64,000 bases of DNA, taken from positions 76-64,075 of the forward strand of contig DATJSD010000065.1 of assembly GCA_035504335.1 (NCBI GenBank). Reading direction: 5' to 3'. This document shows, in pieces, positions 8,257 through 17,130 of the stretch; position 1 is the first letter of the stretch; each line of letters begins with the position of its first letter. The notes under the pieces are model-generated. The model was not told the DNA's origin. It saw only the letters and a list, made by a program, of their open reading frames with translations, and searched no databases. Source of the DNA: Steroidobacteraceae bacterium. Its GTDB lineage: Bacteria; Pseudomonadota; Gammaproteobacteria; Steroidobacterales; Steroidobacteraceae. The translations under genes and the position numbers were made by a program.

Positions 8257-8820
8257 TCAGGTCCAGGGGCACTGCGCCGTGCCCGCAGGCTGCGGGGGCT
8301 CGAGCGGCTCGAGCTGCACGAGCATCAGGACCGCGGGCTCCTGCCCGAGCGTGCCGGAGCGATGACCGCGCCGCCCGTCGCGCTCGCGGCAGCCCTGGTC
8401 GGCGCCGAATGACAGCTCCCCGGGCCCCATCTCGGTGCATGTGCCATCCATTGACTCCACGAACCATCGGCCCGACAGCGGCACGATCCATTGCGGTCGC
8501 GGGTTCTCGTGCCACTCACCGATCCATCCCACCGGCAACACGGTGATGAGCGCGCTCATCGGGCCGCTGTGGCGCGGGCCCTGCCACTGGGGCGCGGCCG
8601 ATGGCTGTATGGAGGCAAATTCGAAGTGGCTGAGCTGGCAGCGCCGCTGGTGACTGACGCCCTGTGCATCCGTCCACAGGTACCAGTACTGCACCGCTGG
8701 TGCGCGGCTCCTCGCCTGCGCGGGCGTGGCCGCGGGCGTGGCCGCGGGCTCGGGTGTAGCCGCGGGCTCGGGCCTGGCCGCGGGCGTTGGCGTGGGCGCG
8801 GGCTCGGGCGTATCGCTCAT
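8257..8820 (-). CDS. cupin-domain protein with Pro/Ala/Thr-rich N-terminus
   Basis: C-terminal part of track ORF 8257..10041, with ATG at 8820 (MSDTPEP..). The GEWHENPRPQWIVPLSGRWFVE..GPGELSFGADQ pattern is cupin-like. ATGA overlap with the upstream DoxX stop. Confidence 0.6.
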   Translation of the reverse strand: MSDTPEPAPTPTPAARPEPAATPEPAATPAATPAQARSRAPAVQYWYLWTDAQGVSHQRRCQLSHFEFASIQPSAAPQWQGPRHSGPMSALITVLPVGWIGEWHENPRPQWIVPLSGRWFVESMDGTCTEMGPGELSFGADQGCRERDGRRGHRSGTLGQEPAVLMLVQLEPLEPPQPAGTAQCPWT

Positions 8821-9341
8821 CGCTGCTCCGGCGCAGCCGCGCGGGCGGCGTACGGGTGTGTCGAGGCGAGCGGATCGTGCCAGAAGCGACGCAGCGTGGC
8901 CGCATCGGTACCGAACGCCAGCACCAGGAAACCGCCCGCCACCGCGAGATTTTTGCAGAAGTCCCAGAACAGCTCGCGACCGCCGCTCGCCCCGCGCAGG
9001 CGAAAGTCGCGGACCTTCCAGAACTGCTTCCACAGCAGCGCCGTGACGATGCAGTAGAGCGCGAGGATCAGCGCGGCAAGCCGATCGAACACACCCGTGA
9101 GCACCGCGAGCGACATCAGCACCTCGATGCCGAACCCGGCGGCGATCAGCAGCCGCGCCAGCGCTCGCGAAGCGGTCGCCTGCTGCGCCTGTTGCACCGC
9201 CGCGTCGAAGTTGAGCAGCTTGTCCAGAGCGCTGAACGGCAGAAACAGCAGCACCAGCAGACAGCGCACCGCCGCGATGGTCACCACGCTCAGCAAGGCT
9301 TGCTCCCGCGGCCGAGTCCCGACATACGCATTGTCGCGCAC
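8817..9341 (-). CDS. DoxX family membrane protein
   Basis: 174 aa with four hydrophobic segments. LLFLPFSALDKLLNF and the FWDFCKNLAVAGGFLVLA pattern are typical of DoxX. Confidence 0.7.
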   Translation of the reverse strand: MRDNAYVGTRPREQALLSVVTIAAVRCLLVLLFLPFSALDKLLNFDAAVQQAQQATASRALARLLIAAGFGIEVLMSLAVLTGVFDRLAALILALYCIVTALLWKQFWKVRDFRLRGASGGRELFWDFCKNLAVAGGFLVLAFGTDAATLRRFWHDPLASTHPYAARAAAPEQR

Positions 9342-9426
9342 ACCCGCGCTCTGGCAACATCGATCTGGCGCAGTGCGCGCCGCGGGCTGCGCCCCCTTCC
9401 AACTGTCCTACACGAGGAGTCATCGC

Positions 9427-10287
9427 GTGAACACTGCGAACCTGCCACCCTCGGCCCCCTCCTCCGGCGCCCCAGCAGTGACGGTCCCGCGCATCCTGGC
9501 GGGCCAGCGGGCGCTGGTCACCGGCGCGAACTCCGGCATCGGACGCGCGGTCGCCATCGCGCTCGGGCAGGCCGGTGCGGACGTCGTGGTCAACTACGTG
9601 GTCGGCGAGCCGGCCGCCGAGGCGGTAGTGCAGGAGGTGCGCAGCGCCGGCGTGCGCTCGTTCGCCTACCAGGCCGACGTCTCCTCCGAGGCGCAGGTGG
9701 ATGCCATGTTCGCGAGCGCCTGCGAGCAATTCGGCACCCTGGATATCCTGGTGGCCAACGCCGGGCTGCAGCGTGACGCGCCGTTCGCCTCGATGACGCT
9801 GGCGCAATGGAACACGGTCATCGGAGTCAACCTCACCGGGCAGTTCCTGTGCGCACGCGCCGCGGTGCGCGAGTTCCTGCGCCGCGGTGTCGTCCCCGCC
9901 GTATCGAGCGCGGCCGGCAAGATCATCTGCATGAGCTCGGTGCATCAGGAGATCCCCTGGGGAGGCCATCCCAACTACGCCAGCTCCAAGGGCGGCATCA
10001 AGCTGATGATGCAGAGCCTCGCGCAGGAGGTCGCCCCGCACCGCATCCGCGTCAACGGCATCGCTCCCGGAGCCATCCGCACGCCCATCAACACCGCCGC
10101 CTGGCAGACGCCCGAGGCGTACGCACGGCTGATGACGCTGGTGCCCTACCGGCGCATCGGCGAACCCGAGGACATCGCGCGCGCGGCCGTCTGGCTCGCT
10201 TCCGATCTATCCGACTACGTGGTCGGCAGCACGCTGTTCGTGGACGGCGGCATGACGCTGTACCCGGGATTCGCCACGGGTGGCTGA
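9427..10287 (+). CDS. SDR family oxidoreductase, glucose 1-dehydrogenase-like
   Basis: GTG at 9427, 7 nt after GAGGAG. VTGANSGIGRA (TGxxxGxG), NAG, and YASSKGG (YxxxK). In frame with track ORF 9097..10287. Confidence 0.85.
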   Translation: MNTANLPPSAPSSGAPAVTVPRILAGQRALVTGANSGIGRAVAIALGQAGADVVVNYVVGEPAAEAVVQEVRSAGVRSFAYQADVSSEAQVDAMFASACEQFGTLDILVANAGLQRDAPFASMTLAQWNTVIGVNLTGQFLCARAAVREFLRRGVVPAVSSAAGKIICMSSVHQEIPWGGHPNYASSKGGIKLMMQSLAQEVAPHRIRVNGIAPGAIRTPINTAAWQTPEAYARLMTLVPYRRIGEPEDIARAAVWLASDLSDYVVGSTLFVDGGMTLYPGFATGG

Positions 10288-10350
10288 GGCACGCGAGCCG
10301 CTGCACGGGAAGCTGGTGCAGGGGTAGCGAATGCGGAGCGGAGCGAAATC

Positions 10351-11916
10351 ATGCCCGACGCGCACTACGATCTGATCGTGATTGGCAGCGGCCCCGGGGG
10401 GGCCTCGCTGGCGCAGCGCCTTGCCCCGAGTGGACGGCGCATCCTGCTGCTCGAGCGCGGCGACTACCTGGTACGCACGCGTGCCAACTGGGATGCGCAA
10501 ACAGTGTTCGTGGATGCGGCCTATCAGGCTCAGGAGACCTGGTACGGACGCGATGGGCGCGCCTTCCATCCGGGGCTGCACTATTTCGTCGGCGGCAACT
10601 CCAAGTTCTACGGCGCGGCGCTGCTGCGCATGCGCGAGCGCGACTTCGGACAGATCGTGCACGCCGACGGCATCTCCCCGGCCTGGCCCCTGAGCTACAG
10701 CGACTTCGAGCCGTACTACGCCGAGGCCGAGCGGCTGTTTCACGTGCACGGCGCGCGCGGCGAGGACAGCACCGAGCCGCCGGCGAGCGGCCCGTTTCCC
10801 CATCCGGCGGTATCGCACGAGCCGCGCATCCAGGCGCTGAGCGACAGCCTGCGGCGCGACGGCCTGCACCCCTTTCACCTGCCCCTGGGCATCCTGCTCG
10901 ACGAGCGCGACGGCCGGCCGACACCGACCAGCATCTGCATCCGCTGCGACGCCTTCGATGGCTTTCCGTGCCTGTTGAACGGCAAGGCCGACGCTCAGGT
11001 GGTGTGCGTCGATCCGATGCTGCAGCGCTACCCCAACGTCACGCTGTTGACCGGGGCCTATGTCCAGAAGCTGCGCACCAACGCTGCCGGCACCGCGATC
11101 GAGGCCGTCGAGGTGGTGCGTCACGGACAGCGCGAGAGCTACGCGGCGCACCTGGTGGTGGTCGCCTGCGGCGCGCTGTCCTCCGCGCTGCTGCTGCTGC
11201 GCTCGGCGAACGAGCGTCACCCGCGGGGCCTCGCCAACCGCTCGGACCAGCTCGGGCGCAACTACATGCGCCACAATCAATCGATCCTGATGGCGCTGCT
11301 GCGCGAGCCCAACGACACGGTGTTCCAGAAGACCCTGGCCGTGAGCGACTACTACTTCGGCGCCGACGACTGGGAATATCCGCTCGGCCTGATCCAGATG
11401 TGCGCGACCTCGCACGCCGCGCAGATCCGCGGCGAGGCGCTGCCCGCATGGCTCGAGTGGGCGCCGAAGATGCCCTTCGAGATGATGGCCCGGCACTCCA
11501 TCGATTTCTGGCTGTCCAGCGAGGACCTGCCGCGTCCCGAGAACAGAATCTATTACGACGGGGATCGCGTGGTGCTCGACCTGACCGAGAACAACCTGGA
11601 GGCGCATCGTCGGCTCAGGAAGAAACTGGAGCGGCTGCTCGACTACGCCGATGCGCATCCGGTGCTGATGGAGCGCAATCTCTACCTCGGCAAGGACATC
11701 CCGATCGGCGGCACCGCCCACCAGGCCGGCACCGCGCGCTTCGGCAGCGATCCGGCCAGCTCCGTGCTGGACCTGCACTGCAAGGCCCACGAGCTCGACA
11801 ACCTGTATGTCACCGACGCGAGCTTCTTTCCTTCCATCGGCGCCGTCAATCCGACCCTGACCATCATCGCCAATGCCCTGCGCGTCGCCGATCACATCGG
11901 GCAGCGACTCAAGTGA
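10351..11916 (+). CDS. GMC family FAD-dependent oxidoreductase
   Basis: 521 aa. N-terminal YDLIVIGSGPGGASLA..LLLERG (FAD fold). C-terminal GTARFGSDP..VLD..HELDNLYVTDASFFPS is typical of the GMC C-terminal domain. Confidence 0.85.
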   Translation: MPDAHYDLIVIGSGPGGASLAQRLAPSGRRILLLERGDYLVRTRANWDAQTVFVDAAYQAQETWYGRDGRAFHPGLHYFVGGNSKFYGAALLRMRERDFGQIVHADGISPAWPLSYSDFEPYYAEAERLFHVHGARGEDSTEPPASGPFPHPAVSHEPRIQALSDSLRRDGLHPFHLPLGILLDERDGRPTPTSICIRCDAFDGFPCLLNGKADAQVVCVDPMLQRYPNVTLLTGAYVQKLRTNAAGTAIEAVEVVRHGQRESYAAHLVVVACGALSSALLLLRSANERHPRGLANRSDQLGRNYMRHNQSILMALLREPNDTVFQKTLAVSDYYFGADDWEYPLGLIQMCATSHAAQIRGEALPAWLEWAPKMPFEMMARHSIDFWLSSEDLPRPENRIYYDGDRVVLDLTENNLEAHRRLRKKLERLLDYADAHPVLMERNLYLGKDIPIGGTAHQAGTARFGSDPASSVLDLHCKAHELDNLYVTDASFFPSIGAVNPTLTIIANALRVADHIGQRLK

Positions 11917-11982
11917 TGCGCCGCCGGCCGTAGCTGGCCCGGCAGCCGGCGCAGCCGTGCCGGTGCCACCGTGCCCGGTCGG

Positions 11983-12627
11983 CTACGGCCGCGGCGGCAC
12001 CCAGCTGAAGCTGCGCAGCATCGCCTCGAGCACCCGGTCGTCGGCGGCGAAACGATCGGGCACGCTCTGCAGGTCCAGCCGATAGATCTCGCGATCACGG
12101 ACCACGATGACTTCGTCATACCGGTAGATGCGCGCGCTGCCCGCGCAGCGCACCGTCATCTGGTAGCGCCCCCCCGCGACACCCGCCAGCGAAACGCTCT
12201 CGCTGCGGTCCTGCAGCAGCGTATCGAACAGGCGCACGTTCATGCGGTCGCGCAGATGCACACCGGCGGCGGTGATGTCGTAGAGCGCGTCATAGCCGGC
12301 ATCGACGCGCAGCCGGGCGGTCGGTTTTACCGACAACACGATCCCGAAGCCACGCGGCGCGGCGTTTGCGCTCGTGTAGGCCGTCAGGCCAGGTGGGATG
12401 GTCACGGCATAACCGTACGTCGCGTTGACATAGCGGCCGCGGTGCGCGATGTTCGGGGCACGCTCGAAGTCAGGCGCCGGGATCGCGGCGCAGTAGGAAT
12501 TGGCGCGCTGCGCCCCACCGGGGTCGCGGCCGCCCGTCAGGGCGGGAGGACGCGTGCCGAGCACCACCACGAGCGCCACGGCAGCGGTAGCGCCCAGGGC
12601 AAGCGCCGCGGCGATCAGTCGTTTCAT
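11983..12627 (-). CDS. hypothetical exported protein
   Basis: Terminal 214 codons of track ORF 11983..14994, with ATG at 12627 (MKRLIAAALALGATAAVALVVVLG). Divergent from the kinase gene. No family recognised. Confidence 0.5.
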   Translation of the reverse strand: MKRLIAAALALGATAAVALVVVLGTRPPALTGGRDPGGAQRANSYCAAIPAPDFERAPNIAHRGRYVNATYGYAVTIPPGLTAYTSANAAPRGFGIVLSVKPTARLRVDAGYDALYDITAAGVHLRDRMNVRLFDTLLQDRSESVSLAGVAGGRYQMTVRCAGSARIYRYDEVIVVRDREIYRLDLQSVPDRFAADDRVLEAMLRSFSWVPPRP

Positions 12628-12777
12628 GGGCAGGCCGGGATTCAGGAGGCAGCATGCGGCAGCATAGCGCAGCCGAGCCGGCTGGGGCGTTGTCCTACAG
12701 CCTGCGGTGGTGGGGTCGGAAAGCCCTCTGCCGTTTTCCGCCGTTATCCTTGGATTCGATTGTCGAGCCAGCCACCC

Positions 12778-14943
12778 ATGTCCGCGACGCCTGAGCGCAA
12801 ACCCGAGCCGCTCGCCGAGCCCGCTGGTGACGAGGCGGACCCGCTGCGCGCCCTGGTCGACGCGATGCTCAGTGGGACGTACCGTGAGGAGTTCTACCTC
12901 TGGGACGTCGCCTCGCTGTGCCGCTCCAAGCCGGAGTTCGCGCGGCAATTGCTGGCGCTGATCGACCGCTATCAGCGCCTCGGACAGATGCCGGCCGCCC
13001 AGCATCGGCGCATCCGCCAGAGGATCGAGTCCAGCGTGACCTGGAGCGACGAGCGCCGGCCGGTCGGGCGCGGCCCGTGCGGCGAAGCCCAGCGCGGCGC
13101 ATCCCCTGACGGCGCGGCCCGCGCCGCGTCCGGTCCCACGCAGGACGCCTGGCCCGCGGCACTGGCCGATCTCACGATGACCACGCCGTTGCCCGCAGCC
13201 CCGGCGGTGGCTGCCTCCGCGGCGCCCGATACACCCGCGGCCCCGGCTGCGCTCGATGCACCCGACACGCCCGCCGCGTCCGCTGCGTCCGCTGCGCCCG
13301 CCGGCGGACCCGGGGTGATGGCCGCGGCACCGGGTCCGGGCGGGGTGCTGCGCGGCCGCTATGAGCTGCAGAGCCTGCTCGGCTCGGGCGGCATGGCCTC
13401 GGTCTACAAGGCCGTGGATCGCTATCGCTCGAGCCTGGGCCTGGAAGACTGTTACGTTGCGATCAAGATCGTCAATGCGCAGCGGGCGCAGCCGGCGGCC
13501 GTGACGGCGCTCGGACGCGAGTTCCATCATGCACAGCGGCTGTCGCATCCCAATGTGGTCAACGTCTACGAGATCGACCACGAGGGGGAAGCGAGCTTCT
13601 ACACGATGGAGCTGCTCGAGGGCGAGCGGCTCAGTCAGCTCTGCGAGCGTATCGGCGGGGCATTGCCGCCTCGTCAGGCGCTCGCGATCATCCGCGACAT
13701 CGGCTCGGCCATCGCGCACGCGCACTCGCGCGCGGTGGTGCACGGGGACCTGAAGCCCCACAACATCTTCGTCACTGTCGGCGGACAGATCCGGGTGCTG
13801 GATTTCGGCGGTCTCAGTCCGTCGCTGCCCGAGGTGCGGGAGGGGGAGCCCACGCTCGACGGCGAGCCTCGCGGCTACCGCGCCGCCACGCCCGCGTACG
13901 CCAGCTGCGAGCAGCTCGAGGGTCGGCGAGCCGAGCCATCCGACGACATCTATGCGCTGGCCTGCATCGCCTACGAGCTGTTCACCGGCCAACATCCTTA
14001 CGAGGGCAAATCCTCGCTGGGCGCGAGGGCGCAGCGGCTGCGGCCTCGCCGGCCGCATCGGCTGGGCGCGCGCGGCTGGCTTGCGCTGCGTCGGGCGCTG
14101 TCCTGGCAGCGCGAGCGCCGCCCCGCGCAGATCGGGCCCTGGCTCGAGCGCCTCGGCGTCGCGGCCGCGGTCGAGCATCTGCCCCCGTCCTACCAGCTGC
14201 GCTCGGTGGAGCCGCCACGGCTCTGGCCCACACGCCTGGCCGCCGCGGCGCTGGTGATGTGTCTCGCTGCGCTGACCGTCGCGATCACGCGCAGGGACGG
14301 GCTCTACTGGCCTCGCGTGCTCGCGTCCGCCGCGGCCACGCTGCACGCCGGCCGATACGCTGCACCGGCCACGACCACGGCCGCGGCCACGGCCACGGCC
14401 ACGACGACGGCCGCGGCCGGCGGGGGATCGGGTGTGCGCGCGGCGGCCGCGCCGCAAGCGCCGCAAGCGTCGCCCGACGCGCAGCCCCCGCCGGTACCGC
14501 AGCCGCCGCGCGCGGCCTCCCATCCGGCGGGGGTGCTCTTGCCGGTCAGCGCGGCCCCGGCCCGGCCCGCGCGCGCTGCCGGACGGACGGCCTCCGTGGC
14601 CCATCTCGGCGTTGCATTCGCCGCCTCCCACTATGCGGTCGACGATAACGCGCCGGCCGCGCGCCTGGTCGTGCGACGCACCGGCCGCTCGCGTGGCAAC
14701 GTGCGGTTCGTATGGTGGACCGTGCCCGACTCGGCCAAGGCCGACGTGGACTATGCGCCGCTCGGCCTGCGCACCGAGCTCATTCCAAGCGGCCAGAGGG
14801 ACCTGACGATCTACGTGCCGATCATCTCCAACCCCCTGCGACACAAGACCGCGACCTTCTACGTCGCGCTCGGTCCGGCGGACGCCTCCGACAGGAACGT
14901 GCCGGTGGCGCGGGCGAGCGTGACGATCGAGCGCGGGGATTAG
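12778..14943 (+). CDS. transmembrane Ser/Thr protein kinase with C-terminal Calx-beta-like domain
   Basis: ATG at 12778, in frame with track ORF 11971..14943. Hanks kinase motifs GSGGMASVYKA, VAIK, HGDLKPHNIF, VLDFG, PAYASCEQ. TM segment LAAAALVMCLAALTVAI. C-terminal FAASHYAVDDN..VVRRTG..GNVRFVWWT..AKADVDY..DLTIYVPI fits the Calx-beta pattern. Confidence 0.8.
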   Translation: MSATPERKPEPLAEPAGDEADPLRALVDAMLSGTYREEFYLWDVASLCRSKPEFARQLLALIDRYQRLGQMPAAQHRRIRQRIESSVTWSDERRPVGRGPCGEAQRGASPDGAARAASGPTQDAWPAALADLTMTTPLPAAPAVAASAAPDTPAAPAALDAPDTPAASAASAAPAGGPGVMAAAPGPGGVLRGRYELQSLLGSGGMASVYKAVDRYRSSLGLEDCYVAIKIVNAQRAQPAAVTALGREFHHAQRLSHPNVVNVYEIDHEGEASFYTMELLEGERLSQLCERIGGALPPRQALAIIRDIGSAIAHAHSRAVVHGDLKPHNIFVTVGGQIRVLDFGGLSPSLPEVREGEPTLDGEPRGYRAATPAYASCEQLEGRRAEPSDDIYALACIAYELFTGQHPYEGKSSLGARAQRLRPRRPHRLGARGWLALRRALSWQRERRPAQIGPWLERLGVAAAVEHLPPSYQLRSVEPPRLWPTRLAAAALVMCLAALTVAITRRDGLYWPRVLASAAATLHAGRYAAPATTTAAATATATTTAAAGGGSGVRAAAAPQAPQASPDAQPPPVPQPPRAASHPAGVLLPVSAAPARPARAAGRTASVAHLGVAFAASHYAVDDNAPAARLVVRRTGRSRGNVRFVWWTVPDSAKADVDYAPLGLRTELIPSGQRDLTIYVPIISNPLRHKTATFYVALGPADASDRNVPVARASVTIERGD

Positions 14944-14985
14944 ACTACCGATCCGCTCCCCGTTCGGCCGTCGCGAGGGTCCCGC

Positions 14986-16992
14986 GTGACACATCGAACA
15001 TCGCGCTGCCCGCGCGCCCTGGTGCTGCGCATCGCCTGCGCCTGCCTGCCCCTGGCCGTGCTGGCCGGTGCCGCCGCGCCGGCAGCCACACCGGCAACCG
15101 CGCCGGCACTCGCACCGGCAGCGGCACCGGCGCCGACGTCCCTATCGGTCCCAGCGCCCACGGCCAGCGACGTCGGGATGCAGGTGCGCACACAGCCCTG
15201 CACGGCCTGTCACGGCTCGCGCGGATACGCCACGCCCGACGGCTACTACCCGCGCATCGCCGGCAAGCCCGCCGGCTATCTGTTCCACCAGATGCTCAAC
15301 TTTCAGGCGGACCGCCGCCACTTCCCGATGATGGTGTATCTGATGCAGCTGCAGGATGCGGCGTATCTGCGCGAGCTGGCGCAGTACTTCGCCGCGCAGC
15401 GCCTGGCGTATCCGGCGCCCGAGCCGCCGCGGGTCGGCGCAGCTCTGCTCGAGCGCGGCCAACGGCTGGTCACCCAGGGGGACGCCGCGCGCGGCGTCCC
15501 CGCCTGTGAGGCTTGTCACGGCAGGGCATTGCTCGGCATCGAGCCCGCCGTGCCCGGATTGCTCGGCGTCTCGCAGGACTACCTGCTCGGCCAGCTCGGA
15601 GCCTGGCGCAGCGGCGCGCGCGCGGCCTATCCGCCCGATTGCATGGCGCGGATCGCGCGCCGCCTGCAGCCCGAGGACATCACGGCGGTGACCGCGTGGC
15701 TGGCCTCGCAGCCGGTGCCCGCGGGCGCCGGGCCGCAGCAGGGTTTCGCGGGCACGCCGCCCCTGCCGTGTGGGAGCTTCACGCAGACCGCGCCGCCGGC
15801 GCTGCTGTCCGGCGCCCCGGCGGCCCCGGGGTCCTCCGTGCGCGTCGAGCGCGGCCGTCAGCTCGTGGCGCTGGGTGGCTGCGAGGCCTGCCACACGGTC
15901 CGCGGCGGCGCGCCCTTCGCCGGCGGGCGCGCCATCCCCACACCCTTCGGAACGTTCTATTCACCCAACATCACGCCGGATGCGGACAGCGGCATCGGCG
16001 GCTGGAGTGCGGAGGATTTCTGGCGTGCCCTGCACGCGGGCGTGTCACGCGATGCCCGGCTGCTCTATCCGGTGTTTCCCTATACCAACTACACGCGCGT
16101 CACGCGCGAGGACGCCGACGCGATGTACGCCTATTTGCGTACGATCGCGCCGGTGAAGCGGGCGAACCAGCCGCACGCGCTGCGCTTCCCCTACGGATAC
16201 CGTCCGCTGCTGGCCGCCTGGCGGCTGCTGTTCTTCAGACCCGGCGTGTATCAGGCGGACGCACGGCGCAGCGCGGACTGGAATCGCGGCGCCTATCTGG
16301 TGCAGGGGCTGACCCATTGCAGCGCCTGCCACGAGGCGCGCAATGCCCTCGGCGCGCCGCGCGCGGGCGGCCATCCGTCCGGCGGTCAGGTGCTCAGCTG
16401 GTACGCGCCCTCGCTGCAGCGTCCCGATCAGGCGGGCCTGCAGAACTGGAGCGTGGCGGACATCGTGTCGCTGCTGCAGACCGGCGTCGTGCATGACGCG
16501 GCGATCGACGCCACGGCGCTCGGACCGATGGCCGAGGTGGTGTACTCCAGCCTGCAGTACGTGGCGCCCGCGCAGCTGCGCGACATGGCGCTGTACCTGC
16601 GCTCGCTGCCGGTGTCGGCCGGGTCCACGGCCCCGGCGGCACGTCCGGCCGACCAGGTGCTGTACGACGGCGCGGCGCTGTATGCGCGGCGCTGCGCCAG
16701 CTGTCACGGCGGCAGCGGTGAGGGTCTTGCCGGGCACGGACCGCCGCTCGCCGGCAACCGCGCCGTGACCCTGCAGCCGGCGGTGGATCCGATCCGCGTG
16801 CTGCTCTACGGTGGCTTTGCCGCCGGCACACACGGCGATCCGCGCCCCCTCGGCATGCCGCCGTATGCGTCAACGCTCGACGACACGCAGATCGCGGCGG
16901 TGCTGAGCTACGTGCGCAGCGCCTGGGGCAACGCGGGCGCGCCGGTGGACCCGACCGAGGTGACGCGCAATCGCAACGGGCCGCTGTGGTGA
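14986..16992 (+). CDS. five-heme c-type cytochrome (diheme c4-like N-terminal part fused to a triheme dehydrogenase-type cytochrome c subunit)
   Basis: Five CxxCH motifs: CTACH, CEACH, CEACH, CSACH, CASCH. Signal-like N-terminus. The C-terminal 430 aa resembles the cytochrome c subunits of membrane alcohol/gluconate dehydrogenases (FGTFYSPNITPD, YPVFPYTNY). Confidence 0.8.
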   Translation: MTHRTSRCPRALVLRIACACLPLAVLAGAAAPAATPATAPALAPAAAPAPTSLSVPAPTASDVGMQVRTQPCTACHGSRGYATPDGYYPRIAGKPAGYLFHQMLNFQADRRHFPMMVYLMQLQDAAYLRELAQYFAAQRLAYPAPEPPRVGAALLERGQRLVTQGDAARGVPACEACHGRALLGIEPAVPGLLGVSQDYLLGQLGAWRSGARAAYPPDCMARIARRLQPEDITAVTAWLASQPVPAGAGPQQGFAGTPPLPCGSFTQTAPPALLSGAPAAPGSSVRVERGRQLVALGGCEACHTVRGGAPFAGGRAIPTPFGTFYSPNITPDADSGIGGWSAEDFWRALHAGVSRDARLLYPVFPYTNYTRVTREDADAMYAYLRTIAPVKRANQPHALRFPYGYRPLLAAWRLLFFRPGVYQADARRSADWNRGAYLVQGLTHCSACHEARNALGAPRAGGHPSGGQVLSWYAPSLQRPDQAGLQNWSVADIVSLLQTGVVHDAAIDATALGPMAEVVYSSLQYVAPAQLRDMALYLRSLPVSAGSTAPAARPADQVLYDGAALYARRCASCHGGSGEGLAGHGPPLAGNRAVTLQPAVDPIRVLLYGGFAAGTHGDPRPLGMPPYASTLDDTQIAAVLSYVRSAWGNAGAPVDPTEVTRNRNGPLW

Positions 16993-16999
16993 TGCCCGT

Positions 17000-17130
17000 G
17001 ATCGGCAGCAGTACTCGGCATCGCCGACGTGTGTAGATATGGAGACCCTTCAGGAGAATACGTTTAACGTATTCTCCTGAAGGGTCTCCGTATCTACACG
17101 GGTTGCATACGCCGGGTACTGCTGCCGATC
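17000..17130. repeat. 131-bp nested palindromic element at a convergent gene junction
   Basis: The outer 15-bp inverted repeat is perfect (17000-17014 vs 17116-17130). The inner 34-bp arms (17031-17064 vs 17066-17099) have one T/G mismatch. The inner arms are AT-richer and carry CTTCAGGAGAAT. Confidence 0.85.

Noticed and set aside
8257-10041. 594-aa minus-strand ORF taken as one gene
   Set aside because: It is a composite. Only the last 187 codons (cupin) are coding. The upstream part runs antisense through the SDR gene and out of frame through DoxX.
9807-11933. 708-aa plus-strand ORF overlapping the SDR and GMC genes in another frame
   Set aside because: The in-frame SDR (9427-10287) and GMC (10351-11916) products have canonical cofactor motifs. 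This alternative frame is Arg/Pro-rich nonsense.
11923-11992. Imperfect inverted repeat (gccggccgtagc .. gctacggccg) between the GMC gene and the convergent exported-protein gene
   Set aside because: It has only 10 matching bp separated by about 45 nt of GC-rich sequence. This is within chance expectation for this composition. It lacks the nested architecture and core of the two large palindromes.
11983-14994. 1003-aa minus-strand ORF, the longest in the track
   Set aside because: Most of it is antisense to a well-supported Ser/Thr kinase gene. It translates to Arg/Gly/Ala-rich low-complexity sequence, as expected for stop-poor high-GC DNA. Only its last 214 codons (11983-12627) look like a real exported protein.
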